A stretch of DNA of 64,000 bases from contig JAZRXD010000015.1 in the NCBI GenBank assembly GCA_045600045.1, forward strand, positions 11,330 through 75,329. The letters are read 5' to 3'. The position numbers and the translations under genes are program-made. Each line of letters begins with the position of its first letter. Within the stretch, counting starts at the first letter, position 1. Below, one piece after another: positions 29,659-40,143 of the stretch. The notes under the pieces were generated by a model, which was given only the letters and a program-made list of their open reading frames with translations, had not been told where the DNA came from and ran no database searches. The DNA comes from Bacteroidales bacterium. Lineage in GTDB: Bacteria; Bacteroidota; Bacteroidia; Bacteroidales; UBA1715.

Positions 29659-29687
29659 ATGTTACGTGAATGTTAAGGAATGTTAAG
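29659..29687. promoter_or_regulatory. Three helically phased ATGTTA(C/A) direct repeats in the divergent promoter region
   Basis: ATGTTACgtgaATGTTAAggaATGTTAAg, with repeat starts at 29659, 29670 and 29680 (spacing 11 and 10 bp). The last two form a perfect tandem GAATGTTAAG x2 (29668-29687). The site is 37-65 nt upstream of the probable ATG of the Na/Pi cotransporter gene. Confidence 0.4.
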
Positions 29688-29798
29688 TTTTCGTTAATTT
29701 TTTTTCAATACAGACATCAAGAAAGTCAATCGACGTAATTTGCAACAAATCAACAATTCTTTGTACCTTTACCACAATTTATTACGAATAACTCACGG

Positions 29799-32700
29799 AT
29801 GAAAAAGATTACGTTTGCAATACTCGCATTACTATATTTTGCGTTCGACGTTTATTCCCAAAAATCGGCAATTTATTTTACCGAAAACAAACAACAATGG
29901 GATGACAATGTGTTGTTTCGCAGCCAGTTATATGGTGGGTATTTGTATATCGAAAATAATTGCCTCACATATTATTTCCGTGACGAAAAGACTTTGAAAC
30001 ACCGGCATGGTGCCAAAAATCTCACTCAAGAAGATTTAGACAAAAGCCGAGAATATTTCTTAAAAACCGGGAAACAACTCAAACACGAAGATTCAGCAAA
30101 TCTTGATTCGTTGAAAGCTCACGCATATCAAGTTAAATTTCTTGGAAAAAACTCACATTCAAAGATTTACGGATTTAATCAAACTCAATATACCGAAAAT
30201 TATTTGTATGGTAATAATCCTAAAAACTGGTCAACAAACGTGCGAAGTTTCAACGATGTGAAATACGAAAATATTTATAAAAACATTGACTTGCATCTGT
30301 ATGGAAACACAACCGATTTAAAATATGATTTTATTGTTCATCCGGGAGGAAATCCGCAAAAAATTCAAATGCAGTACGATTACGTTCCGTCGATGAAAGT
30401 TCGTAAAGATGGCGTTTTAGTAATTACAACTAGTGTAAACGAAGTTTACGAACAAAAACCTTTTGCATTTCAAATCATTGGCGTCGATACTGTTGAAATA
30501 CCATGTTCCTACAAATTGGAACATTTCAAAGTTACTTACAATCTTGGCGCCTACAATCCAAATTTCACACTTTACATTGATCCAAATTTGGTATTCTCAA
30601 CATACACTGGTTCAACAGCCGACAACTGGGGATTTACCGCGACTTACGATACTGAAAATAATGCATATTTAGGAGGAATCGTCGAAGGTTTTGGGTATCC
30701 AATAAGTTTGGGCGCAATACAAGAAGAATATGCTGGAGGAAACTGGGATATTGGCTTGATGAAATTGAATGAAACTGGCGAGAACAGAATTTACGCAACC
30801 TATTTAGGAGGAAATAGTTGCGAAATGCCACACAGTCTTATTGTAAACAGTAAAAATGAATTGTTGATTTTAGGAACAACTGGTTCCAGTGATTTTCCGG
30901 TTTACAATGGTTATCAAACAACGTTCAATGGCGGTGATCCAATTGTTTACGACAATACTATCAGTTTTGAAAATGGAGTTGACATCTTCGTTACAAAACT
31001 TGCTCCCGATGGAACTTCCATTCTTGCTTCAACTTATTTGGGTGGCTCAAAAAACGACGGCATCAATTTCAGTTGGGAAGTCGATCTTAACCACGGCTAC
31101 GATTCCCTTTACTACAATTACGGTGATGGCGCACGTGGAGAAATAATGGTTGATGACGAAGACAATATCTACATTGCATCCACAACTTTTTCCGATGATT
31201 TTCCTACAACTAATGGGTTTCAAAATAGTTTTGGCGGCGTACAAGATGGCGTGATTTGCAAATTCGACCCTAATCTTTCCACGCTACAATGGAGTTCCTA
31301 CATTGGCGGCGACAGCAAAGATGCTGCATATTCCGTTGATGTTGACCATTCCGACGGCGTGTTCGTTACAGGTGGTACTTGTTCATCTACACTTAATCTT
31401 CCTTCCGGTGGATACAAATCAGAACGAATTGGTGGCACAGTTGACGCATTTGTCATTAAATTGAATAAAAACAACGGAGCGTTGCTTGGTGGAACCTATT
31501 TTGGTTCAACAAAATACGATCAAGCACATTTTGTTCGCATAAACAACAACAACAATGTTTTTATTTACGGACAAACAACTGCACCCGACAAAACATTGAT
31601 ATACAATGCCAAATACAATACTCCAAACAGCGGACAATTTCTTGCATCGTTCAACAATGATTTAACAGAACTTCGTTGGTCAACCGTTTTCGGTAGCGGT
31701 TCCGGCACGCCAAACATTTCTCCTACTGCATTCGAAGTTGATATTTGCAATAGAATTTATTTGGCAGGCGTTGGTCGTGAATGGCCAGAAGATTACGCGC
31801 AATGGTACTATTACGGCAACTACACAACATTACTTTATGATTATGGTTGGTCAACCATTCCCGGAACAAAAGGAATGGACATAACGGACGGAGCGTACCA
31901 AAAAGATACTGACGGCAAGGACTTCTACATTATGGTGATTGATGACGAAGCCAACGAATTGAACTATGCCAGTTATTTCGGAGAACTTTCCGATGCGTAT
32001 GTGATTTACACACCAACAGAAGGTTACACGTATTACGGATGTGCTAACAGTGGACGCGACCACGTTGATGGAGGAACAAGCCGATTCGATGCAAATGGTT
32101 ACGTCTATCAAAGTGTTTGTGCAAGTTGCGGAGGATGCAACGGATTTCCTGTGTATCCTAATCCTGGCGTTTGGTCAACCAAAAACAACGCAAGTAACTG
32201 TAATGCGGCCGTGTTCCGTTTTGTCATTGACTTTGGTCTTATCAGTGCTGATTTTGAAGTGCCTGAAGTTGGTTGCGTCAGTAAAGAATTGACATTCAAA
32301 AACACCTCAAAAATTTTATACAACAACCCAGATGTGGTTTACACGTGGGATTTCGGTGACGGAACAACATCCAACGAAGAATCTCCAACTCATACTTATT
32401 CCGATACAGGAACATACTTGGTTTCCTTAACGTTACAAGATGAAGGTTCGTGTAATCAAGGAGATGCTATTACAAAAGAACTGACCATTTCAAACAAAGT
32501 ACACAACGAAACTCTCAATGTGAAAAATATTTGTTTAGGCGACAGTGTATTGATTGGTATTCCCAACGAATATGATGACAATTTGGAATATTCATGGAGT
32601 CCAAAAGAATGGCTTACCGATCCGTCCCAACCTCATACTTACGCAACTCCAAACGATACTATAACCTACCAATTAACGGTAACTTCCGGATGGTGCCAAA

Positions 32701-34253
32701 CTATCTACGAACAAAAGGTAAATACATTTAATGCTGATTATCACATAGAAGAATTAAATGTAATTCAAGGCGGAACGCCACAAATTCCCAAAATTTGCCT
32801 AGGAGAACGTATTCGTCTTGAAGTACAAACCAATGCTCCTTCTCAACGGTATCTTTGGTCAACCGACAGAAAATTCAACAAAATCATCAATCCTGATTTC
32901 TCGTTGAATTATGTTAACGTAAATCCCTTTACCACAACAACTTATTATGTAAAAACGCTCAGTACATACTGCGAATTCGAAGCAACCGATTCTATAACCG
33001 TCGAAGTATTCTACAATGATATTGTTGTTGCAGGCGACACACTCATTTGTTCAAAAGAAGTTACCGAAATTTCAGTAAAAAACCTGACACCAGAAAACGA
33101 GCTTTGGTATAAATGGGAACCCGCAGAATTTGTGAAAGACGGCGCAACCGAAGCTGTAGCCCACGTAAATCCATCATCAACAACAGATTTTGTGATACAC
33201 GCAACAGATGCGTATGGTTGTACGTATGTAGATACCGTACACGTTAGAGTTGACAGTCTTGCAGTACACATGACCAATTATCATCCAGTATCGTGCAACG
33301 GCGACACGAATGCTAGTTTCGACATTTCTGTTGAAGGAATTCCTCCTTACGAATATCTTTGGGAAGACAGCACAACAAATAATTATAGAAAAAATATAGG
33401 GAAAGGAGACTATTCCGTTGTCGTTAGTGATAGTTTAGGATGTAGAGAAACGATGACTGTAAAAATCACAGAACCCGAAGTTTTGAAAGTTGATTCAATC
33501 ACAACTTTCAACGAAACATGCATGGGTGCATGCAATGGCTACATTCACGCTTTTGCCTCTGGCGGAACCCAACCATATACTTACAGATGGTCAAATGGTG
33601 CAAAAACGGCAAAAATCACAAACTTATGTCCTCGAACTTATTATCTAACTCTCAGCGATGCAAATGGTTGTAAAGATTCCGTTCAACATTCTATTCCAAT
33701 AATATTGGAGGAAAAATTGCCTGTTGTTGAAGCTTTTGCCGATAATTACCAACTTTATATCGGACAAACTACGAAATTACACGCCTGTAAAAATCCTATT
33801 GATACAATTTCTTACCTCTGGACACCAAACATTATGCTTGATGATAATACAAAAGCTATCACGACATTCACGCCAGATATTCCTATTAATCTAACATACA
33901 CGGTTGTTGCCGTTGATAGATACGGTTGCCAAAGTTTTGACACCATACACGTCGCATCGTCGGAATGGGTTTGCGATAATCCTTTTATATTTGTTCCAAC
34001 CGCTTTTACGCCAAACAACGATGGGAAAAACGATATCATAAAAGTGAATAGTGGCGTTCTTTCCGATTTAGAATTTGCCATTTACGACAGATGGGGAGAA
34101 AAAATCTTCGAGACGACCGACCAAAACGAATACTGGGACGGAACATATCACGGGAAACCTTTGCAACCGCAAGTATTTGTATATTACCTGAAAGCTACCT
34201 GTCTTAATGGTGAAAAATACGAAATCAAAGGCAATATCACATTGATTCGATAA
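29799..34253 (+). CDS. Large secreted adhesin-like protein with SBBP/beta-propeller repeats, a PKD domain, SprB repeats and a T9SS type-B C-terminal sorting domain
   Basis: 1484 aa with a signal peptide. PKD motif VVYTWDFGDGTTSNEESPTHTYSDTGTYLVSL (about nt 32330-32430). SprB repeats (VSCNGDTNASFDISVEGIPPYEYLWED; ETCMGACNGYIHAFASGGTQPYTYRWSNG). The C-terminus FIFVPTAFTPNNDGKNDIIKV...FAIYDRWGEKIFET...WDGTYHGKPLQPQVFVYYL...KGNITLIR (about nt 33980-34250) is the gliding-motility-associated C-terminal domain, i.e. the type-B CTD. Confidence 0.88.
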   Translation: MKKITFAILALLYFAFDVYSQKSAIYFTENKQQWDDNVLFRSQLYGGYLYIENNCLTYYFRDEKTLKHRHGAKNLTQEDLDKSREYFLKTGKQLKHEDSANLDSLKAHAYQVKFLGKNSHSKIYGFNQTQYTENYLYGNNPKNWSTNVRSFNDVKYENIYKNIDLHLYGNTTDLKYDFIVHPGGNPQKIQMQYDYVPSMKVRKDGVLVITTSVNEVYEQKPFAFQIIGVDTVEIPCSYKLEHFKVTYNLGAYNPNFTLYIDPNLVFSTYTGSTADNWGFTATYDTENNAYLGGIVEGFGYPISLGAIQEEYAGGNWDIGLMKLNETGENRIYATYLGGNSCEMPHSLIVNSKNELLILGTTGSSDFPVYNGYQTTFNGGDPIVYDNTISFENGVDIFVTKLAPDGTSILASTYLGGSKNDGINFSWEVDLNHGYDSLYYNYGDGARGEIMVDDEDNIYIASTTFSDDFPTTNGFQNSFGGVQDGVICKFDPNLSTLQWSSYIGGDSKDAAYSVDVDHSDGVFVTGGTCSSTLNLPSGGYKSERIGGTVDAFVIKLNKNNGALLGGTYFGSTKYDQAHFVRINNNNNVFIYGQTTAPDKTLIYNAKYNTPNSGQFLASFNNDLTELRWSTVFGSGSGTPNISPTAFEVDICNRIYLAGVGREWPEDYAQWYYYGNYTTLLYDYGWSTIPGTKGMDITDGAYQKDTDGKDFYIMVIDDEANELNYASYFGELSDAYVIYTPTEGYTYYGCANSGRDHVDGGTSRFDANGYVYQSVCASCGGCNGFPVYPNPGVWSTKNNASNCNAAVFRFVIDFGLISADFEVPEVGCVSKELTFKNTSKILYNNPDVVYTWDFGDGTTSNEESPTHTYSDTGTYLVSLTLQDEGSCNQGDAITKELTISNKVHNETLNVKNICLGDSVLIGIPNEYDDNLEYSWSPKEWLTDPSQPHTYATPNDTITYQLTVTSGWCQTIYEQKVNTFNADYHIEELNVIQGGTPQIPKICLGERIRLEVQTNAPSQRYLWSTDRKFNKIINPDFSLNYVNVNPFTTTTYYVKTLSTYCEFEATDSITVEVFYNDIVVAGDTLICSKEVTEISVKNLTPENELWYKWEPAEFVKDGATEAVAHVNPSSTTDFVIHATDAYGCTYVDTVHVRVDSLAVHMTNYHPVSCNGDTNASFDISVEGIPPYEYLWEDSTTNNYRKNIGKGDYSVVVSDSLGCRETMTVKITEPEVLKVDSITTFNETCMGACNGYIHAFASGGTQPYTYRWSNGAKTAKITNLCPRTYYLTLSDANGCKDSVQHSIPIILEEKLPVVEAFADNYQLYIGQTTKLHACKNPIDTISYLWTPNIMLDDNTKAITTFTPDIPINLTYTVVAVDRYGCQSFDTIHVASSEWVCDNPFIFVPTAFTPNNDGKNDIIKVNSGVLSDLEFAIYDRWGEKIFETTDQNEYWDGTYHGKPLQPQVFVYYLKATCLNGEKYEIKGNITLIR

Positions 34254-35266
34254 TGTTTAAAAAAGCATTTACATATATTTTCTGCTTATTGGCACTATCA
34301 ACAACTGCCCAAGATATTCACTTCTCTAATTTTTATACAAACACACTCAATGTAAATCCCGCAGAAACCGGATATTTTACTGGACATTACAGATTTTGCC
34401 TAGCTTACCGTGATCAATACAGAACGGTGGCAAATCCGTATCAAACAATTACAGCAAATTTCGACGGAAAAATTATCAAACGATATTGGAACTACGTGAT
34501 TGGATATGGCTTGCTTATGAATTTTGACAAGGCTGGCGATGCGAATTACAACACAATACAAATAGGCGTTCCTCTTGCCCAACATCTTCAATTCAACGGA
34601 AAAACACTCATTATTTCGTATGGAATTTTACCAGCATTATACTACAATTCTTTGGATTACACATATTTGACTTTCCAAGAGCAATTTACCGGCACTCAAT
34701 ATGATCCGGACATAGAAATTTCCGAAGCCATTGATATGAATTCAACCACATTTTTTGATTTAAGTGCAGGAATACAAGCTACTTACAAACCCAAAAACAA
34801 TCTATCCTATACACTTGGCGTAGCTTTTTACAATATTAACCATCCAAATATATCTTTTTACAAAGAAGACAACGTACAACTCAAATCGCGCTATCTTTTC
34901 CATGGGAACGCAATTCTCGGCGTGACATCGAATATCGATGTTATTCCTGGTTTTAAAATGCAATTTCAGGGCAAACAACACGAATTTCATTTTGGCGGAA
35001 TGGGAATTTTCTATTTTGACGATACCGATATTTCCCAAGTTCAAACAGGTGTTTGGTTCCGTTCTAAAAATAAAGATGCTGTCATTTTTGGATTAGGCTG
35101 TCGGTACCAAAATTTAGACATTATGTTCAACTACGATTTGAACATCTCTTCGCTTAAAACCGCAAGTAACGGACACGGAGCAATGGAAGTAACTCTTTCA
35201 TACATAACAGAATATCACAACAAAAGTAAACGAAGAGCTGCTATTCGTTGTCCACACAGTTTGTAG
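34253..35266 (+). CDS. PorP/SprF-family T9SS outer-membrane protein (cognate partner of the upstream type-B cargo)
   Basis: 337 aa. Signal peptide followed by the family motif AQDIHFSNFYTNTLNVNPAETGYF. The ATG overlaps the upstream stop (TAATG). Confidence 0.87.
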   Translation: MFKKAFTYIFCLLALSTTAQDIHFSNFYTNTLNVNPAETGYFTGHYRFCLAYRDQYRTVANPYQTITANFDGKIIKRYWNYVIGYGLLMNFDKAGDANYNTIQIGVPLAQHLQFNGKTLIISYGILPALYYNSLDYTYLTFQEQFTGTQYDPDIEISEAIDMNSTTFFDLSAGIQATYKPKNNLSYTLGVAFYNINHPNISFYKEDNVQLKSRYLFHGNAILGVTSNIDVIPGFKMQFQGKQHEFHFGGMGIFYFDDTDISQVQTGVWFRSKNKDAVIFGLGCRYQNLDIMFNYDLNISSLKTASNGHGAMEVTLSYITEYHNKSKRRAAIRCPHSL

Positions 35267-38200
35267 CTATTCTACTATTAATTTCCCCCACAAACCAACA
35301 TTTGGTTTAATAGTTTTGGTGTTCCACGACGAAAAATCATCAAATTCAAGTCGATAAAAATATACACCTTTCGACAACGGATTTCCGAATTTATCCCAAC
35401 GAACATCTACATCGTTTATCCCAATATGTACATTTTTTACAGGAATGGAAGCAACAAATCGTCCATTGTTGTCCGCAACTTTTATACAAACATTTTTAGG
35501 CTTCTGGGAACCAGACAACACAAATCTAAACGTTGTACTTTCTCGGCAAGGATTTGGGAAATTATACAACGAAGAAACTTCATTGTTAAGCGAAACTTCG
35601 AATTGAACGACATATTCCGATGGCGATGCATAATTTCCAGAAACATCACGAGCATGAACACGTAATTCGTAACTTCCTTCGTCCAAAAATATCGGACGGC
35701 ATATAATACTAGATTTATTTATATCGCTTTCCGAAGGAACAAAAAACAAAGTACTATCGGCAAAATAATAAGGATATTCAACATTCGTTTGTAAATTGAC
35801 AATAGTAACATGAAACAAACTGGTATCGCCAATAACCTTAAAATATTCATTTTCGTCAACCAATGAAATTTTAATTTCAGGTTGAGAAGAAACTTTATCT
35901 TCGTTCACCAAATGTCTTCCATCTACCAACACGTCAAAAATCGGAGCAATTCTATCAGGAACAACAGTAAAATTATGATAGCAGAAATTATTGAAATGTT
36001 CCGCTTCACCTTGGTCATACATTCCCGTTTCGGGATCAACTGGATTAAATTCAACTTTGAGTATATAATTACCTATTAAATTACGAGTCGAAAAAAACTG
36101 AGTATCAATATAATATTCAAAACCTTTAATACTTCGAATACGTTTATACTGCAAATCAACCAATTCGTTTTGCTCATTTCTAATTTCGTACATCACAAGC
36201 ACACTATCCGACATGGTTTCCGAAACATTACGAACAGAACAAACCAATCGGGCACTATCTCCTTGTTGAATTGTATCGTTATGAAAATCAAATAAATAAC
36301 GAGGTTCAACGGCTAATTCAGCAGCTGGCGTATAATAAACTTTCCAATAATTTAATTTACCAGGAGTTCGTTCGTCATCCTTAACATTACAATTCAACTG
36401 TAAAAAAGGATAATATTCTGTTTTGTAAATTGAATCCAAATATGGCCAACTTGACTCGTACAAATTACCTAAAACATACAATTCTTCATTTTTAGTTTTT
36501 TGGAATACAGTCATGTACATTTCATCTTTACCTCGTTTTTCTGTATTCCAAAGTATTTTATGAACTGTTTTTGCTGGTCCTATTTTATCAGTTTTTATAG
36601 TCCCTTGCGACAAATTCGTAGAAATAATTTTATCAATACGTATCAAATCATTAGGCTGTTCTCCGACAACTTCCTCGCACAAACTTGGTTTTCCCTTTTG
36701 TGTGAAAAAGATATACGGAAGGTCATCGGCCGTTTCTTTAAAAACAGAAAAACCAAGTGAATCCAACGCATTTTTCAACGAATCATCCCACGATTGACAA
36801 TATGGTTTAATAAAACTATAACATAAAATATAATTTCCGTTTGGTACACTATCCAACAAGAAACTTGCTAATTTTTGATTGGCATTTTTATCATTTGCGG
36901 TAAAGTCAAACACTTTATCCTGACTTTCATAATTTCGTTGTCCATAATATCCATGATTTGACAACCACGGTGTCAACGAAAGTTGATCTAAAACAACAAT
37001 CTGCAAAGTTGGTGTTGTTAATGACGACCCACTACTACAGAGTTGCGTAGCATCCATTACGAACAAACATTCAAAATATTCTTTTTCCGTAGAACAATTG
37101 CCCCGGGTTTGCAAAGAAATTTCATGAGGTAATGTATTGAAGGTATAGTTCTTTGTTGCTTCGTCATACGATAAAGACTGTAATTTGTTGTCAACAAATT
37201 GATGTCGATGAATTTGTCCCCAGCCTGTTTGTCCACTTTCGTAAGTAAACGAACTCTCGTTCCATTTTATTGAATCTGTTGAAGTTACACGCCAGAAATA
37301 TGTTGTACTATCTATAAATCTGCCTTCCGGTATCCATAAATGAGTTGCTTTCCCTGCCGACTGTAATATTACCGATTGATATAACGGAGAATTATACGTT
37401 GCCGTAGTATCTAATTCTAGCATTATTTCTGCTGGCGGATTAAACGGATCTACCGACGACATATACAAAGAAACTGTGTCAGTTGCTATAATTGCATTTT
37501 TGCAAGGATATATTGGTAACACCTCACGAGAACTAACAAAGAATGAGACTGTCGCAACGTTATTATCTTCAGAAAGTTCAGGAATAACATCATCATAGTC
37601 AATCTCAACCTTAACCATATATTCTCCTGAAGAAAAATTTTCCATGTTCATTACAAACGATAGAGTGTCCTTACAAAACGAACCCGAAGCCTCTGTTTCA
37701 AAGATAAATGGCTCTGCTCCGTTTTCCGGTGTAAAGGTTGCACGAATTGAAAAATTGGATGCATACGCTCGACCATAATTTCGGAGCGCTATATTGAACG
37801 TGAAATTATCCTGCTCTGTAGATATAATTTGTGGCGTAAAGAAAATAGACGTTTCATCAATCACAAAATCTGGCTTATTAAATGATGGTAACTTCACTAT
37901 CGGATCGCCCTGCAAAGTGAAACCAGCAATTCCATCATACAATTCTTCGTAGATTATATTTTTGTTTGACAAATCACGCATCGTCTTTGCCACACTAGAA
38001 CCAATTGAATTACCATAATTTTGACTTGCTATATTCCGCATAAAAGCAGACGAAAATATATTCAAATAAGTAGGCACACCAGTTCCAACATTTGCCAAAA
38101 ATCCAATAGAACCTTTATTTTCAGTGAATGTCCAAATGTTACTAACATTGTAATCATTGTCGGCAAAAATATCACCAGAGTAGCACGAATTAGCTACAAT

Positions 38201-40135
38201 CAGCGGATAGCGACCCTGATTGTCAAATAAAGATGGATGGTCGATATTTTGGTCAAATCCACTTCCCGATGCATGACCAAAAAACGTTATTAAAACCGCT
38301 CCTTCATTCATCAATTTACGAATAGCCGCCGGTTCCGTGGTTTCATACACATCGGAACTTTCCTTATAAAACGAATGAATATCCGCTCCAAAATATTCTC
38401 CCCTCAACGAATTAGCATATTGCGTTAAATATCTACGAAACGTTGACTGCTCATACGCGGTAGTTCCACCTCCAAAATGTATTACATTTTTCATCCATGG
38501 CGCAGCTTCTTGAGATTCATAATCCATCACCTTATTTCGATAGATTTTTACCTCTTCCAGAGATTCTGCTGCCAATCGGCCAATCGCTATATTAGGACGA
38601 ATGGATTTCGCACGCATATCCATAGTGAATAATAAATCACTTGCGGGATTTCCCATTCCTGGAATTAGCGTCCGTTCATACAAATTTTCGTCGTTTCTGT
38701 TATTCGGAATGTGAAAACCCTTTCCTATCAAAAAAACATGCTCTGGCGTAATTGACCAATTTTTAATCGCAAAATCCAAAAATGCTGAAATTGCATAAGG
38801 ATGTTTTCGTATTCCATACGCAAATTGATCATACAATTCATCAATATCGACCAATACGACTTGTTGACCTGTTTGTTGTCGATATTGTTGATATAATTTA
38901 GCTTGTTGCCACAATGATTTTTCAGTGATAATGATATAGTTTCCTTGATTTTCCTCTAATGAATAATCTACATATTTTGTTGAAGATGAAGTTTTTGATT
39001 GCGCAGCTTGAATCGTAGAAACACGAGAATAAGCATTTTGCGATAGTAAAATACAATCAACTTCCTTGTGCATATTTGGAATCAAAACACGATACTTTCC
39101 ATTCTCAAACGTTGTCAAAATTCTCTTTTGTATTTCAGGACAAAACAAGATAGGAGCATTTGAACCTGCATTAAAATTTACAAATTCAAGCAATATGTAT
39201 TCACCTAAATCAACAACTGGTACCGTGTATTTTGCAAAACTTTGATTATTGCAATTCAAATTACAAGGATAGACAACCTCTACATACGCTACACTATTCT
39301 TGTCGGCCGTTCCCTCTCCTTGAATACTTTGAAATTTCAAAATTGTAGTCGCCGACAAAGGTTTATTCGTTATTATTGTTTCATGAATTGCATTATAATT
39401 TTCGTAATCTTTTTGATAACGAATAGATTCATCAGAATCTACCGTAACCCGAATCGAATGTGGCGTTTCGGAAAAACCGGCAACGCCAAACGAGATTTTT
39501 GAAGGGACTCCTACCGAAGAATAATTTGTCGTTATAATGCCTTTCTGCACCGATTCGCCCATATCAAAATACGAATCACACCAACCTTCGCCTGGCAAAA
39601 TATACGAAGAAGAATTAGTTTCATTAAACGTAGAAACATAATTATTCCTGACCGTTTTCAAACAATAACTCAAGGCATTAAATGCATTGTAATTTTGATT
39701 ACGAACCGTATCATAACGAGGACTTTCCAACGTGTTTGCAAACGTCAGAAAATATGATGCTGTATCGGTATATAAACTATAGGCTGGATTTAATGGAACT
39801 TCTGAAGAATACACTTTCGAATCCAACCAACCTGTGTTACCACTTTCGGCATAAAATTCAAAATAATCCGTGTTTCGGAAAATTCCATCTGCTTGAGCAG
39901 AAACAAACAATGGCAAAGATTTACCATTATGTATTATTTGAAGATTCCTATGATCAAAATCTCCAACAGATATTCCATTTGCAAGCAAATCGGCATACGT
40001 TATTCTGTAAACTCCTTCGCTGGTAATTGGTATTTTATAATACTTTTGGGAATAATTAATCCAATCGTTTGAGAATTGTCCAAATAAAAATGAACAACAA
40101 GAAAGAAAGAAGACTATGAAAACAAGGCGTTTCAT
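35267..40135 (-). CDS. C25-family (gingipain/PorU-like) cysteine peptidase with a type-A T9SS C-terminal domain
   Basis: 1622 aa with a signal peptide. The PorU/C25-like N-terminus is W-x-NYSQKYYKIPITSEGVYRITYADLLANG. C25 core pattern: VFLIGKG...NPASDLLF...IAIGRLAAESLEEVKIYRNKVMDYE. The catalytic dyad context is FFGHASGSG (His codon 38273-38275) and IVANSCYSGD (Cys codon 38183-38185). The C-terminus LYNFPNPCRESTTFRFVL...IKVADNNGRFVASI...LSKGVYFYRLEF resembles a type-A CTD or FlgD-Ig-like domain. Confidence 0.8.
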   Translation of the reverse strand: MKRLVFIVFFLSCCSFLFGQFSNDWINYSQKYYKIPITSEGVYRITYADLLANGISVGDFDHRNLQIIHNGKSLPLFVSAQADGIFRNTDYFEFYAESGNTGWLDSKVYSSEVPLNPAYSLYTDTASYFLTFANTLESPRYDTVRNQNYNAFNALSYCLKTVRNNYVSTFNETNSSSYILPGEGWCDSYFDMGESVQKGIITTNYSSVGVPSKISFGVAGFSETPHSIRVTVDSDESIRYQKDYENYNAIHETIITNKPLSATTILKFQSIQGEGTADKNSVAYVEVVYPCNLNCNNQSFAKYTVPVVDLGEYILLEFVNFNAGSNAPILFCPEIQKRILTTFENGKYRVLIPNMHKEVDCILLSQNAYSRVSTIQAAQSKTSSSTKYVDYSLEENQGNYIIITEKSLWQQAKLYQQYRQQTGQQVVLVDIDELYDQFAYGIRKHPYAISAFLDFAIKNWSITPEHVFLIGKGFHIPNNRNDENLYERTLIPGMGNPASDLLFTMDMRAKSIRPNIAIGRLAAESLEEVKIYRNKVMDYESQEAAPWMKNVIHFGGGTTAYEQSTFRRYLTQYANSLRGEYFGADIHSFYKESSDVYETTEPAAIRKLMNEGAVLITFFGHASGSGFDQNIDHPSLFDNQGRYPLIVANSCYSGDIFADNDYNVSNIWTFTENKGSIGFLANVGTGVPTYLNIFSSAFMRNIASQNYGNSIGSSVAKTMRDLSNKNIIYEELYDGIAGFTLQGDPIVKLPSFNKPDFVIDETSIFFTPQIISTEQDNFTFNIALRNYGRAYASNFSIRATFTPENGAEPFIFETEASGSFCKDTLSFVMNMENFSSGEYMVKVEIDYDDVIPELSEDNNVATVSFFVSSREVLPIYPCKNAIIATDTVSLYMSSVDPFNPPAEIMLELDTTATYNSPLYQSVILQSAGKATHLWIPEGRFIDSTTYFWRVTSTDSIKWNESSFTYESGQTGWGQIHRHQFVDNKLQSLSYDEATKNYTFNTLPHEISLQTRGNCSTEKEYFECLFVMDATQLCSSGSSLTTPTLQIVVLDQLSLTPWLSNHGYYGQRNYESQDKVFDFTANDKNANQKLASFLLDSVPNGNYILCYSFIKPYCQSWDDSLKNALDSLGFSVFKETADDLPYIFFTQKGKPSLCEEVVGEQPNDLIRIDKIISTNLSQGTIKTDKIGPAKTVHKILWNTEKRGKDEMYMTVFQKTKNEELYVLGNLYESSWPYLDSIYKTEYYPFLQLNCNVKDDERTPGKLNYWKVYYTPAAELAVEPRYLFDFHNDTIQQGDSARLVCSVRNVSETMSDSVLVMYEIRNEQNELVDLQYKRIRSIKGFEYYIDTQFFSTRNLIGNYILKVEFNPVDPETGMYDQGEAEHFNNFCYHNFTVVPDRIAPIFDVLVDGRHLVNEDKVSSQPEIKISLVDENEYFKVIGDTSLFHVTIVNLQTNVEYPYYFADSTLFFVPSESDINKSSIICRPIFLDEGSYELRVHARDVSGNYASPSEYVVQFEVSLNNEVSSLYNFPNPCRESTTFRFVLSGSQKPKNVCIKVADNNGRFVASIPVKNVHIGINDVDVRWDKFGNPLSKGVYFYRLEFDDFSSWNTKTIKPNVGLWGKLIVE

Positions 40136-40143
40136 AACGAAAA

